From the human T2T-CHM13v2.0 reference genome, Homo sapiens: 64,000 nucleotides of DNA. How positions within the stretch are numbered: position 1 is the first letter of the stretch; the number at the start of each line of letters is the position of its first letter. The notes beneath the pieces were generated by a model. The model was not told the origin of the DNA and searched no databases. It saw only the letters and a list, made by a program, of their open reading frames with translations. Both the position numbers and the translations under genes were made by a program. Below are positions 1-14,400 of the stretch, one piece after another. Where the stretch lies: assembly GCF_009914755.1 (NCBI RefSeq), contig NC_060947.1, one strand, 5' to 3'.

Positions 1-1439
1 TTTCTCCAGTTCCTGAGCTTTTGTATGCTGCCTTTCTCTTGTGTCCTCAGAAAGGCAATGGAGCTCATGTCTATTAGCCATGTACTGAGAAGGTGGTGGG
101 CAGTTATGCAATAGAATGACATCTCTTCCCTTTATCTCATTCTGCCATTTATTTCCTTACTTCCCATATCTCCATGGACATACATTTCTCCTCTTTTTCT
201 GAGTTGGCAAGGGATGACATGAGTAGTCAGGATGCACGGGGAATGTGGCCCTAGGAGACTGTGTCAGAGGGCTGAAGGGCAGACTGGGCACTAATGAGTC
301 AGCCAGGAGCACTGATTTCTAGATCCTGTTCCACAACCTCAGGGATGAGAATGTGCTTTTTCCTGGGGCCCTTGTATTCAAATGATGGTGGAGTATCTGA
401 ACTTGGAATAACAAATCCCAGTTCTCTGTTTCTGCTCAGACCCATCTAAAGGCAGTCACTTCCTGCCACTTGCCTTAAATAATTGATCTCTCAAATAGAA
501 CCCATGTTCCCTGCTCTCAAACCCTGCTGATAATGATGCCAGTGTAGATGAGGACCTGCACGATAAGCTTTGAAGGTAACAGGTATTATAACAGGGGTAA
601 GCAGCTTTAGGAAAGTGGAGTGCTCTTTTGCTGACTTGTTCTGGGGGACTTTGCTGATTCTCATGAGTATAACTGCTGGGTCCATTGACCTAGTACATCC
701 TTGAATTTTTTAGTTAACCTCCCTTCTTTATAAAAGCTACATGAATAAATTTATTTGAATGGTGGTATGATAGCAGCTATCCAGGATGCTAGCAAACATG
801 GATTCACACAAAGAGAATGGAGTCCTCTGCAGGAATTTGAATTTCCCATTTTAGTTTCAAGGGCACAATCTCAGATCATTCTAGGAGGAGGGGTGGTGAG
901 GCAGTCATAGTCTCCAAGCCTTTGGGAATATGAGATCCTTTCCTCCCAGGTCACTTCCTCCTTTTGGCTTAGCACTTTCATTCTTTTTAGTCGCCATTAT
1001 GTGCAGTCACCTCTTTCCTCTTTCATTTCTACTTTATTGGCTTGAGGATGCACCTAGTAGCATAAATACTGTCCACAAAAATTCCACCCCTAGCCATCAC
1101 CTCCCCTCCATTTTCAGGAATCTCAAGTTGAGGGTTTGTAGTATATTTTGGTTTTGTTACTCATGAGCAGTATAGCTAGCTGAATTGGGACATCAGTGTA
1201 TTGTTTCAGGCTGACTAGAGAGGAGCACCTCTAGAACCAAATGAATGTCATGCCAGAAGGCTACCATTCTGACCATCATTAGTGGGCCTAAAAACCAGCT
1301 AGAAATGATGGAAAACTCATTAATGAAGAATGCTTAAAAGCTGGGCAAGTAGACAAAGCTTATTTTCTTTTCTAAATAACTAGGTGAAGGAAGAATGAAG
1401 AAAGTTCCAAATGTTTAGGAAACACCAAATGTGGCCAAT

Positions 1440-1542
1440 CATTGTGTCAGACATGCTCACATGTGTGCATTTAATCCTCACAGTAGCCCTAAGAAGTAGG
1501 AATTATAATCCTCATTTTATAAATTTGGAAACAGGCTTAGAA
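1440..1542 (-). mobile_element. MIR SINE fragment
   Basis: atttaatcctcac...cattttat...gaaacaggcttag MIR core. Confidence 0.6.
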
Positions 1543-1631
1543 CGGTCTCTTGGTGGAAAAAATATCTGAAGACATCCATTTCAAAAAAGCAAACATTGGC
1601 CATTTCTGAGTGATTTGGTAACAAAGTTTTG

Positions 1632-1637
1632 TTTATT
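1632..1637 (-). terminator. Candidate ZNF75D poly(A) signal AATAAA (another candidate at 2745-2750)
   Basis: tttatt on + strand downstream of the ZNF75D stop. Which site is used cannot be seen from sequence. Confidence 0.4.
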
Positions 1638-2956
1638 GTCTAAATTTAAGATAAAATGTGTCATTTTCATTACGAAGTACAATTTTATGGAATACTAAAT
1701 AAACATATATAAATAAGCCTTGGCCAACATTATAAACCAGGATCTGACATAGATATAAATCCATGCCTTCCAACTTCCCTTGACGTCACATTATCTTCTC
1801 TTAAGAGATAGTCACTTTGGCTAATAGGGAAAAGAAAACCAGTAACATCAGAAAACAATTTCCATCTGGCCTGGCTCTGACTGGCATCATCACTCTGAGC
1901 CATATGCCTTACTTTGCTCTGACACTTCAGGATGTTCCCTCCTGGTATCAGCTGTGCACCAAAGCTAAAAGTTCACAAGGCTCTCCTTGCCATTCTCAAT
2001 AAATCAGTTTTGCAAAATCTCCAGGCCTTCTTGCAGAGTATTCAGGCATATAGGGTTGTAGTTGATCAGCCATAAAGATGGGGCTCCCTTTAGGTCCTGC
2101 AGCAGTATGGTACCAGTTTGAAAGCCTCCATCCAGTCCACATAATGAAAGTCAGAAAAAGACCATTTACCACTTATCTGTGCTTTCTACAAAAAAAAACC
2201 AGATACCTGGATGAGGGCCAAGACTGCCTCCCTCATCATTTCACTATATGTCTATGTTGACAAAGTCAGCAAGAGGAGAGATATCAAGTGCTTGCAAGGT
2301 CCCTAGGCCTGTCCTTACATTCAGACCTTCCCTTGCTACTTGTAATTCCTTGACAGAAGACATTGTGGTAGTGGGTACTCAGGAGAGAAGCAACAAGAAT
2401 GGGACAATTCTCCCAGGGCAAACACTGAATCCTCTCTTTCTGTTACAGAGTAAAGTTCCCTGAGTCCTGGTCTTGATTGTTCATGTAGATAGAATGATAA
2501 CTATTGAAACTGTCCCTAATTTAGTAATTCTCTCTGAGCTCCCTTAAGAGGGCCCAAGTACTCTTATTTTCCATTTCTCTTGACAAAGAGTAAAAAATGA
2601 GACTAAGAGCCTTGACTATCATATGTCTGTTGAGCACTTGATACCTGAAAAATTTAGATGACTGGGGGTGGGGAAGCTTTGAATAACCAGATATATACAT
2701 ATAGATAGATAGCTAAAGGAATCTCATCACTACACTTTCATTTTTTTATTTATAAAGTACTCCTTATGTATCAACTCTTGTGCTAGGCACAGAAGATGCA
2801 ATGCTGAATAAAACAGACAGCTTAGATTCCTTTTTGTGAAGTGTAACATGTACCCTTCCCAAATGTTTTATTAATCACAGATTCCTATCATTGGGTGCCT
2901 CATAATTTTGTATTCTTTCACCACTTCTAAAGTCAAGCTCTACATGGTAACTTTCC

Positions 2957-3666
2957 TCAGTTTGGAGACACTAGACATGCTTCCCTTCTTCTGTGGAGTT
3001 TCTGGTGTCTAAGAAGGCTCGATCGCCTACTAAAGTTTCTCTTGCATAAGCTACACGTATAAGGCTGCTCACCTGTGTGAGTTCTCTGGTGTTTAATAAG
3101 GTGGGAGTTCTGAATGAATCTTTTTCCACATTCATCACATTTAAAGGGCTTCTCTCCTGTGTGAATTCTTTGGTGTGTGTGTAGATTTGTGTTATGACTA
3201 AAGCTTTTCCCACACCATGAGCATCTATATGGTTTTATTCCTTGATGGGTCATGAAGTGCTTATTAAGATCTGAACTCCATCTAAACCTCCTGTCACATT
3301 GTTGACATTTATAGGGTTTCTCTCCAGTGTGAATTCTGTGGTGTTTAATAAGATCAGAGCTAACTCTGAAGCTTTTCCCACATTCCTGACACTTAAAAGG
3401 TTTCTCCCCTGTGGGGCCTTTCCCATGAAGATCCATAAGTTTTGGAAGCTCTTGTTTACAAGTTGCAGGTTTCTTTCTTTTCTTCCTTGGAAAAGCTCGA
3501 TGCCATTTCTGTACACTGTGTGTATCACCAGGATTTTCCCTGCCCATTGTTTTCTGGGCAATTTTCATTCTGGTCTTTTTTGATACTTCGCATCCTGATG
3601 TTTGTATTTCTGATGTAGAAACAGATATAGGATGATCATTTCCAGTGTCATTTTTTAGCTTTAACC
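2957..3666 (-). CDS. ZNF75D: ZNF75D last coding exon: linker plus five C2H2 zinc fingers, stop TGA
   Basis: Acceptor ttctaacag|GG at 3667/3666. Five CxxC...HxxxH fingers with TGEKP-type linkers ending ...EACLVSPN*. Phase matches the KRAB exon. Confidence 0.97.
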
Positions 3667-5154
3667 CTGTTAGAATAAACAGAATAATCAGCCATCTGTG
3701 TCCCAGTGAAAGAAAGCTACATAAATGGAGAGAAAAGTCAATGATGATTGCTTTAAAAGAAATACAGGAACAAGTGATTTCTGGTCCAGTCTGGACAAAA
3801 TGGCATAGACCCATTTCTCCTTGATCCTCCCTGATAGGCACAAAAACAAACCCATTAAGTGATATGAGATAACAAAAAGAAAATTCTAAAAATGGTAAGA
3901 AAAAGACAAACTGGTTTAGGACCCCAGAAAAAAAAAATAACATAGCAGGGTGGCTTATATCCCCACACCCAACAGAAGAAGGCAACTATCAACAGAAGGC
4001 TGCCTGGGTAGGCTTATTGTTTCCTGAATGTAAAAAGAAGTGCAAATAAAGACTTGTTGATTGAACTCTGGATAAAATAGAATATGTGACTAGCGCCAAT
4101 GTGCAGTTGGTCTTGGGCAAACATACATGATTCTATAACTTTAGCACTGGAGCTGCTGGAAAGGTAAAAGCTAAATGGAGTTTCTGCTCTTTTTTACATT
4201 TTCCATGAACTAATGACAACTTCAGAAGACTAGTAGGATTGTGTACTTTGTAACTCAGAAGGCTGCATTTTTGAGCATTAACTTGCAGCATATTTCACTA
4301 TATTTGTTATTTTCTATTTATTACAACTGGACAGCTCCAAACTCTTATACTATTTAGTATCTTGTAGCTAGGTAATAGTTCACTTTTTGCTTAATTTCTG
4401 CAAGCCAATAAAAGGAAATGTATTTAAGTATCGAGATGTTCAAAGGAAAGAGTAAAAAGTATTCATGGGGAAAAAGCTCTGTTTAACACAAGTCTTATTG
4501 TATTGCATTATTAGCTGATTTCACTCACTTTATATTTGCAAAATAATTGACATTTCTAATATTTATTGAAATTGCTTAATTTGCACACCCTGTACTCTAC
4601 ACACAAAAATGTATCAAATATAAGAATGAAGTTAAAATTGTGACTCTGATTCACTGTAGCAGCACTTTAAATTGCCCAGCTTTTTGAAGATATAAGCTAC
4701 GATATTTGTACTTCCCTATGTCTGTGCCATAAATGCTTGAAAACGTTAAGGTTTTCTGTTTTGTTTTGTTTTTTATATATATCAAAATAATCAGTGTAAA
4801 CCTTGGTTGGTCCCTGAGTTCACTGATATTTGAGGTAATGGGGACCTGCAGACATTCTGACTAGATTTACTACCATGTGCCTTTGCCTACTTCTCTTTGA
4901 TATAGCAAAATATTTAATTGAGAAATCACTTTATGTTACCATGGTGGATTTTCACCGTGCTATAGCCGTTTTCCTTTGGATTCCCATCAGTGGTGCTGCT
5001 CAGTGGCTTGCATATAGACTTGCTATGAAGAAATGCAGAGGCAGCCCATGCTGCCCTATTTCAAAGTTGAACTCTTTAAGCCCTTGGGAGTGGGCTTCAC
5101 CCGCTATTGCAGAGGCATTTTGCATTTGTTTGTGGCAAGAAATTCACCTTCTCA

Positions 5155-5540
<386 letters not shown>

Positions 5541-6822
5541 CTACACATTAATATGTATCACCTTAGAGCAAGAGCTATGTTCTAGGAACCACATCACAAT
5601 TTTCAGTCATGGAACAATATATCCCATGGCAGAAGACCTTTACGTGTGATCTGCTCTATTTTCATGTGATAATTTAAACTTTGATTGCCTAGTAGTCCTT
5701 TAAGTTAACATTTCTGCTTACTGCTACTGGATTTTTGTTGCAAAAATATATCAATGACCCACATGAAACATACTAAGTGAATCATGATAAACAAAAGGGA
5801 AAAAATGATTAAGAGAAAATTAAGTGACTGTGTTACACCGCTTATCCCAAACCAGAGAATAAGCCATTTCAAGCAACATCTTTGAAGAGTCGTGTGGTGT
5901 GAATTGGTTTGTATATGTTAGTATGTATTTATTCAAACATTCATATACACTCAAGATACAGTTGGCCTAATTATAAATGGGGGCATTGGTAAAACTTATG
6001 AAGTGTCCTCATACTGAATTGTAATTTTCTCTTACCTGTGAAGTAAAATTTAGATCAATCCCATGTCTTTGTTAAATATATTTTTTTACCATTCCTAAAT
6101 TTAGGGTTTATTTCCAACTAGATCAAAATAAATGTAAGTTGTGGAACTCATTTTGAATATGATGGATATGCTCTACATTTAAATTTCAAGAGGCAATAAT
6201 ACTATTGGAATTATGTGAATTCTAACTCATTTTAACAAGGCAACCTGACCTGCATAGGATCACTTGAATGTTATCTTTCTTAGGATTACGCTAATATTCT
6301 TCTCACAAAAGATCTATAAAATATTGTAGTTGGAAAAAAATTGTATAAAAATGTTTGGAAATTAGAAACTTTTCCTTAACTTTTATTGATATTGACTTGA
6401 ATTATTATTTTCTAAACTAAGAGCCATATGCCTACCTGTAAATCTTTCCACATATCATTTAAACTTTTGTTTGCATTGTTATTGTTGTTGATTTACAGAT
6501 TAGTTATTAATTTTTCTGTGGAATAATGCCATTGATGTGCATGCTTTTATGTTTTTTAGAGAAGGGTGTGTTTGGATGAAAGATAAAAAAAGTAAAATCT
6601 TTCACAGTCAAAATAATTCCATTTAGAATGCAGAAGTGAGACAGGTATTTACAAAAAGCTCTCCAGGGGATCCTGATAATCCCTTTATTTCCCATACATC
6701 ATCAAGTTGAGAATCAATCAGCTGTTGGAACAGTGGGACTCTCTCACAGGGGTGCATTTTCCATAAACAGAGGACATAATATATTACTTAACTTCTACAC
6801 AATGGGAAGGAAGAATCTTTAC

Positions 6823-6949
6823 CTAGAGAGATGACAGTCTCATAGATATCCTGCATTACATCATTGTAGAGAGTCTTCTCAAGAGGATTCAATAATTGCC
6901 ACTCTTCCTCAGAAAAATACACAGCCACATCTTCAAATGTCAACAAACT
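6823..6949 (-). CDS. ZNF75D: ZNF75D KRAB-A exon ([42 protein letters not shown])
   Basis: 127-nt exon with ctttag| acceptor and |gtaaag donor. Canonical KRAB-A motif. Confidence 0.95.
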
Positions 6950-7285
6950 CTAAAGAAGAGAATGGGCTATAGTTTAGTACTTGCCACTTCAGAAGCTGTC
7001 CTACCACCCATTTCTGAATTACATGGTAGGCCAGGTGCTGAAGATGTGAACAGTACAAGATTTAGGGGAAAAAAGTGAGAAGGCAGAAAGGAAGGAGCAA
7101 AGAGGATCAGTAAATCACCTGGGAGGTGCCCAGTTCCCACTGTGCCAAGCCTAGTTGCCTAGAGAATAACTGGGGCTAAAATGCCTCAAAGCACCTGCTG
7201 GACACTATGAGTCCTAGGCAATAGGGACAAGCAGAGGCAAGGCCACAGTCAAGTCACCTGAAAAAAGCCAGAAATAACAGCTCAC

Positions 7286-7377
7286 CAGGGACTCAGGCAG
7301 GATGAGTTTAGATGCCATCTTCCAGTGTTTGATTCTTTTCTGCTCAGAAAGGGCTAACATCTGTTGATCATGCACAG
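7286..7377 (-). CDS. ZNF75D: ZNF75D internal coding exon ([31 protein letters not shown])
   Basis: 92 nt, cccacag| acceptor, |gtgag donor. Keeps frame between neighbouring exons. Confidence 0.92.
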
Positions 7378-8094
7378 CTGTGGGTAGAAAATAGCCAGGG
7401 AAAATTTCTGTTTCCTATTTACAAACATCCCAAGCTGATTTCTAAAATAAAGAACATCAGGATGCCTTCAGTAAAGATGGGTCACATTGACAAGTGTGTG
7501 TGTGGTGCCAAGAAGTGGCCATCTCATTGTAAATAAGAACCAAATATCTACCACTCATACAACCAGTTCCCCAGTTCATGAACTCTTTAGATTTCATAAA
7601 AGAAATTAATCAAAGGAAATCTATTCATTTTTCCTCTCATACCATAAGCTGGGCAAGAATTGAAGGTTTGGAAATGAAAGGCTCAGGTCCTCCAGTGTAC
7701 AGTAGGTAATGTGGGAGACTTTTGTCTTTTATTACTTTTTCCTAGTGCACAATTTTTATCACATTCTGCCACTGATAGCCCATGTCTGTCCCCAATTTTT
7801 CCTACAACTTATGAGAGGGAGGTGGCCCCACCTGTCCCTGTTCCATCTTCTTCTCTCCTCTCAAGTTTCAAAGGAGTAGAGTCTATAGTGTGAATAGCAG
7901 GGTTCTGTGGTTTGGATATTTCTGTCCCCCAGGCTGACCCCCACCTTCAACCACCATCAACCCACTGTACTCCCACCTGGGAGACATCATAGCTGCTAGC
8001 ATGGCTGGCCACCTGGAAAATTCCCAGGACATTCTAGGTGAACTAATTACTACCACAGCTCCCAGGAGAAGACAATTATGATGAAGCTCCTCAC

Positions 8095-8287
8095 CTCTTT
8101 CATATACAGGCTGGGTTTCTTTGTGAGTGTTCCAGCCCAGCTGTTCTTGTAGTACCCGGTATGTATTCCAATATTCTTTCTGGAACACACCCATTGGTTG
8201 GGGCTCTGCTGGCTTCCACTTGAAGCCTGGGGCCACTGCTGTTCCTCCCAAGAGCACTGCCTCCTTTCCCAGCTCATGGGCTGTGAC
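8095..8287 (-). CDS. ZNF75D: ZNF75D internal coding exon ([15 protein letters not shown]...TQPVYER)
   Basis: 193 nt, tttctag| acceptor, |gtgag donor. Overlaps ORF 7883..8257. Confidence 0.93.
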
Positions 8288-9543
8288 CTAGAAATAATCC
8301 CCATCCTCATTAGCACAGAACTTACTTTTGGTTTTGGGGTGGTAGTGGAGGGAGGAACAAGAGCAGAGCCCAGATTTGGGGAATGCATGACATTAGAGAA
8401 GTAATAAAAAGAATGAAGAGGTATTGTGCCACTATGTTCTCATAAAGAACTATACTCAAAATCTGGGATAATTAGGATAAAATAGAAAAAGCTGTGACTA
8501 CTGCAGATCCCCGCCCCCCAACCCAGTGGCCCCCACCCAGATGCACAGAGCCCTGGCTCAAGCCACTAGCAGAGTTGGGTAGGCAGCCTGTTCCCCTGCT
8601 GGGGAACTTTCACTGGTTTACTTTCTTGACTTGGATCCTTGTTTTAGTGAATTTTTATCTTTCGGTTTTCTGTAAAAGAAAAGGAATTGAGTGAAATAAA
8701 CTTTCCTGTTAGCCAGTTTCCAATCCTCCAGGAAAGAATTTCACAGGGAATGGAGATGGATGGAAGAATAAATGGGGAGAAGAGTTGGGCTCTAATCTCT
8801 CTTCACATGATTTGGTAGTAATAAGACAACAAAAATATGGCCTGCCCTGGATTTTTCAAGGTAGGCTCCTGAAAAAAGAAAGTGTGCTGCCATCTTCCAA
8901 GGACAAACCTTGGTTTCCCACTCACCAGAAGGGCCAATGACAAGCCACTAAGTGAGGGCAATGGAGGCTCTTTCCTCCCAGCCCAGAGATGTGTGTTTCT
9001 GCTATAGAAGATACTACCCCTTAGCATCCTGATTCCCTCCACTTCTCTGTTGGCAATTGTCGTCTTTCCATATCCTTGTTTCCTTTTTTTCTTTCCATTT
9101 TGTTCTCTTTCTTTGCAGTCTCCCCAGAGCCGCTCGATTCATACTTCTGTTTGCTAACCTCTCTCTCCTTTGGTCTCTGTAAGTGCTGCCCATCTTGTGG
9201 ATCTTCTCCCCTTTCCCAACTCTTTCTTGCCCTTTATTTCTCTTTTTCTAAGAACTCAACTCTTGTCCTTGCCCATGCCAGACTAGGCCCACCACCATCA
9301 ATTCACCCTGGCCCTAGAGAAGACAAAATGCATTTATTTTCTCTAAGACAAGGAAAGGCTCTGCCAGAAATCTTGAAACCTGTGGACTATTGATGCATGT
9401 ATGTCATTTCAGATCCTTGCTAGCTGTCCTAAAGGAGCAACAGAAGAGCGACTTAATCTGTCTAATTCTCTGATAACTCCTCCATTCTGATATATCCACT
9501 TTTATCCTACTTCATTGTACATGTAGGGAATCTTTCTTCTTAC

Positions 9544-9954
9544 CTCATTCTTTGTTCCATCAGGCTCCCTCTGCAAGAATTCCACCAGGACCAGAGCCTG
9601 TTTGACATTCTGTGGATGATGCTTCTGCACCCAGTTCTGGGTCTCCTTGGGCAGAATGCTCAGGAACTGCTCTAACACCAGCATTTCCAAGATCTGCTCT
9701 TTTGAGTGGATCTCTGGCCTCAGCCACTGATGGCACAATTTCTGAAGTTGGCTGATAGTCTCAAGCGGTCCGGTTGCTTCATGATAACGGAAGCTCCAGA
9801 AGTGCCTGCAAGCGCTCTCAGGACCAAGATTCTCTATTTTTGTGCTGTATTTCTTACTCTGACTGGAGTTCTCTTTCACAGACCCACTAGTCTCCCACAT
9901 AGCCCCCATCTGGGGGCTTGAGCATGAATCCGCGTTCAGCTCTCTCATCGCCAT
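9544..9954 (-). CDS. ZNF75D: ZNF75D first coding exon, SCAN domain ([10 protein letters not shown]...EPDGTKNE)
   Basis: ATG at 9954, SCAN motif [26 protein letters not shown], donor |gtaag at 9543. Exon probably begins at acceptor ctccctcag|10072. 411+193+92+127+710=1533 nt. Confidence 0.96.
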
Positions 9955-11581
9955 TTGCTCTAGGAACAGTTTTACTCTTGTATGTGACACTGACACCCAC
10001 CTGGTACCACCTTTGACAAATCAGGGTGCATCAGGTTGGTACCAAATCAATGAATTGTTCTTCCCAAGAGCACTGAGGGAGAGCAGAAGAAAAGTACATG
10101 TCAAGAAGAAAATCACATGACACATATTTACTTGCTATTTATTGTTAGAGGAAAATGAAGAGAAAAGTTCCTGTCTGGCTTCTTCTTTAAAATCAACTGC
10201 CAAGAATTAGAACATTCATGATTAGATTACTCAGGAGGTAAGTTTCTCTCCTTTTCTTTGTTTTTCAACTTTGAAACAAAGCACAGCTAAGAGAAGACAA
10301 ATGTCAATCAATGTATTTCCTGTTTTTTTTTTTAACAGTTGAGGAAAGATTGGTGGGTGAGAAAACTGGCACCAATTGGCCAAAAGGAGCTTTGAGATTA
10401 TCCAATACTTAATCTGTGGGTTTCCTGTCCTATATTGGCAAATAGGGCCTATTTGAGTTTCTCGAAACTTTAACAGATCATCCCAATCATTTTTCTTTAG
10501 TCAGAGGAAAAACAGTTTCTATATCCCTTCATCTCATTTAGATTGAAGCCTTTTACTAAATGGAACTCTTAATATTCCCTTTTATACTGTATCAATGCTG
10601 GTAGGAGAACTGAGACAGCAAGATCAGAGTAGAAGTAAAGTAATTAGAGAAAAAGTAAGCAAATGCCCTCCCGCTAAGCAAGCAGATCATCAACATTTGA
10701 TGTGGCAGGGTGTAGTACTTCTTCGAAAGACTTATAAAGGGCACTGCACAGGTTTGTACTTGCGTATTAAATTTTTTGTTTACTTTAACTGGAAAAATTT
10801 ACAGATGGTCTTCCTTTACATATATACAAATGTCAGGTGGTTAAAAACAAAAAAGAAAGAGAGATGGTGATGATTAAGGTTCTTTATAGATGGGAAGGGT
10901 CTTAGTAATGGTAACCTTTCTCCTGACTTAACATGTCCTCAAAACTGATTTTCCCTGAGGTGATCCAGCAGAAACAGTAACAAAATTCTTTCAAGGATGC
11001 CACAGGTATTCAAAAAAATGGTTGGCTCCTTGCTGACCATTCAGGCTCAGGAGGTACAGGAACACTTCTTACATTTTTTTGTCAGCAGAAGCCATTGTCT
11101 TTAATGTTGAAATGACCCTTTCTTTGGTGTTATGTTCATAAGCCATCAAAAATCAGGAAGTTTCGCTGAGTGTGGTGGTAGACATTACTGCCCCAAATCC
11201 CCATCCCTGATTCACTACAACTTATAGATCAACCACAGGGATGCCCACAAGAACTCTGAACGTGGGCAACCTTTGAGTGTGCTTCACTAGTATCCCTGGG
11301 TTATATTTGTACATCCGGTAGAAAGAAGTTGCTTCCATAGGTAAGAAGTGGCTGTAGGAGCCTGCGGCCAGGCGGCCTCGCTGTGGACAACTCCCACCAG
11401 CTCTCCAGGCGACCTGCCGCCTGTCAGTGGCGCCACTGCCCACTGAAAAATACTGTATCACATCCCCCACCCTCATTCCCTGCTACGCAGCAGCCCCAAA
11501 GGCTGCAACTGGCAGGAGCGGCCGGTATTTCTCAGGGGATCGCTAAAACGAATCTAAAGAGAAAATCAGCTTCTCGGTTAC

Positions 11582-11853
11582 CTTCAGTCAGCTCTGGCTT
11601 CCCCGGAGGCCACTTTCCTCTTCCTCGGCTCGACTACGCCTCTGCCTCTGTGGCCACGCCTCCCTGCTGCTCTGGGTAGCAAAGCTCTCCGCTGCTGCAC
11701 CACTAGGGGAAGCGACGTCAGGAAAGCGCGGGATGCCTGGCGAGTGAAGCTCCAAGATGTGGGGAGTCTTGGAATATCAGTTCCCTCATTCGATCCCTCC
11801 ACCTCCCGAAGACCTGACCCCGACTCTCTCTTCCAGGGTCGAGTTCTGTGGAC
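11582..11853 (-). other. ZNF75D: Probable ZNF75D 5'UTR exon in a CpG-rich, promoter-like segment
   Basis: Acceptor ttccggttcag| at 11854/11853, donor aag|gtaac at 11582/11581. Local CpG enrichment about 11.35-11.95 kb with GACGTCA and CCGGAA motifs. Confidence 0.65.
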
Positions 11854-12873
11854 CTGAACCGGAATCAACCAGAAAATGAAAGATGCATTTCCGGTGGCTT
11901 TGTGACAGCTACGCCCAGCTATCCCCCTCCCTCTACCTGCGAAGTCTCAGCCTAGCCAAGTTAGGAACTGTCCCGGGGGTCCTTTCCATCCCAGAAGAAC
12001 CAGCCTCCTGCTCCAGTTAGGTCCTGGATGCAAGAAAGAGTTAATGCTACCGAGTCTCTAGCCCTGCTGGAAGCCTAGAGGAGCCCCTCAAATGGCTCTT
12101 CCCTGGGAGCCATGTAGCTTACAGACTCCTGGTGCCAAGGTCTCCTATCCCTGATTTGCCACGTATTGTGCATCCAGATTGTTCCTGCTGGCTTCCTGGC
12201 GGCTGGCAGCCCATTCTACCAGGAGCCTCACCCAGTAAGAGATGCCACCTCAAAGGTCTAGGGGCCACGGAAGAGTGGCTCACAAAGTCAGAACCAGTTC
12301 AGCACTCTTGTGGGCAGAGCTGTGTTCTGGGCCTTCCTGAGTCCCAGCCAGAGAGAGCTCCAGCTGTAGTCACTAGACTTATCAAAAGCCTCCTTGAGTA
12401 AAAGGCAATTTGATCCTGGTCAAGCCTCTCGCTAGATCAGAAACAACAGTCCCTTACATTTTCAAAACCATATTCTAGTTATCAGACATGTGCTCCCCAA
12501 CCATTATCTTGTTTTATTCTTGTTAGGTAGATTTTAACCTTTTGAGATAGGTCCCATTTATACTTCTCTTTGACATATAAATAATTTGAAATGGTATGAC
12601 ATGACATGACTTCACCTACTACTTCATGTTCAGGGTCACATAGATTACCAGTGGCAGATTTTAGCCAGGAATTTAGGTATCCTGTTGTCATATCCTGTCC
12701 TTTTTCTACTACATTATGCTTTCCCTGGAGGACAGAAATCTTGCTTCCATCTTTATCTCCTGCAGTGCTTAGCATAGTTCTCTGGGCAAGGTATTTCATA
12801 TTTACAGAATCATCTTTCTAAGAAGCTGAATATCTTGGGTTGTCAGTATTCTCCAAGTTTTCAGTATTTACCA

Positions 12874-14390
12874 AGTGTTGAGCCATTTGGACAAAAATTG
12901 CCAATGTGAATCTAAACAGGAGAAACTGGGTGTAGCTTAGTTTTACAATGGGGATGAAACTGACATATTTTGGAAGCCAGTGTGAAAAACCACTCAGACA
13001 AGCCAAAGAGATGTCTGCATGTCCAGGAGGAAAGTAAAAAGCACCTGTTTGACTCTATATATAAATGCAGATGACACTAAGTTAAAGTCAATCATCATTC
13101 AAAATCGAAACTCCCCAAAGGTGTGTAAAAGGACACAGTGCATTATCTATGATATATAAACTTAGTAAAAATGTTTGGTTCATCAGAGCATCGTCTTCAG
13201 AATGGTTCTTTCAAAACTATATTCTTCAAGTCAGGCATTTTCAACATAACATTTTATAACTCAATGAAGAGGAAGTCAGGGCACTGTGACTTCTGTATAA
13301 TCCCCAGGCTTACATTTCAATGAATCACTAACCAGTGAGGATGGTCAGATAAAAGTCATTTTCTTTCCCCTAAACACTTCAACCTTGATTCACCCAATAA
13401 ATCAAGGTGTGATCTTGAGCTGCAAACAACTTTATAGGTGGAAGCAACTTAAAGAGAATATTGTAATTTTGAATAAGGTCATGATGAGCAAGATAAAGAA
13501 GGAAAAAGAGTTTCCAAAGTCAAACCCACAAACCAAGAATGCGTAATTTTTAAGTGAGCAAAGTTGAGATGGAGTAAAACAAACAACTATAGCAAATACC
13601 TAAGACGTCTTTACAGAAAGGAATCTGAAAATGATGAAGGCTTAACCAGTAAACATTTCTCATGGTCTGGAAACTGGAAGTCTGACATCAGGGTGCCAGC
13701 ATTGTTGTTGGGTTTATGGTAAGGGTCTTCTTCCTAGTCATGTCTTCACAAGGCCTTTTCATTGTGTGTATATGCAAAGAGACAGACTGAGATCTGATGT
13801 CTTTTTTTCTTTTTTTCCATAAGGGCATTAATCCCATCATGGGGGCTCCATACTAATGACCCCATCTAAACCTGATTACCTGCCAAAGGCCCCACCTCCA
13901 AATACCATCACATTGGGGATTACAGATTCCACCTAGGAGTTTTGGGTGTACACATTCAGCCAATAGCAGCTTAGAGGAGGAAAAATGTAGATCAATTTTC
14001 GAGAAATATGGAAAACTGGAAACCAACTTAGAAAAAGATAGGATATAAATGAGAATGAAGAAAAGGGTTACCTTCCCCCTCTCAAATTTGTGATTACAAA
14101 GGAAGTTGTTCAAAAAAAGAGGAGAGACTGATGAAGAACAACAACAGATGGCTAAATTTAAATGATGTGCTGTGAGACAGAGGTTGGACAACCTCACTGA
14201 TTTTTTTTTATTTTACAACTGAATTTTAAAGGTTTCATTTCATGCCGAAGGAGATGCAACAAGTATTAATCAAACAAGTAGAATCTACTCTGAACAGTTT
14301 CAGAGTAGATTCAATTCTAAAATTGGTAGCTTTCAAAATCAAGGCCTCATAATAGTGAGTTGTTAAACATGACTTTGATTTCTGGTTCTA
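12874..14390 (+). pseudogene. Decayed TIGD7-like (Tigger/pogo DDE transposase-derived gene) copy, 5'-truncated and split by an MLT1 LTR
   Basis: Hand translation gives VEPFGQKL, FYNGDETDIFWK, NADDTKLKSIII, YKLSKNVWFIR..SEWFFQNY, ESLTSEDGQIKVIFFPLNTSTLIHPINQGVILSCKQLYRWKQL, ITKEVVQK and RFHFMPKEMQQ. These are collinear with the recalled TIGD7 sequence. Many stops and frameshifts. Confidence 0.88.
13640..13968 (-). mobile_element. MaLR LTR (MLT1A-like) inserted in the TIGD7 relic
   Basis: ctggaagtctgacatcagggtgccagca...aaggcccacctccaaataccatcacattgggg...cacattcagccaatagca. Confidence 0.8.
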
Positions 14391-14400
14391 GTAATTAGAA

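Noticed and set aside
3667-3985. Hydrophobic N-terminal third of ORF 2957..3985
   Set aside because: Intronic read-through upstream of the acceptor at 3667; the spliced CDS is complete without it.
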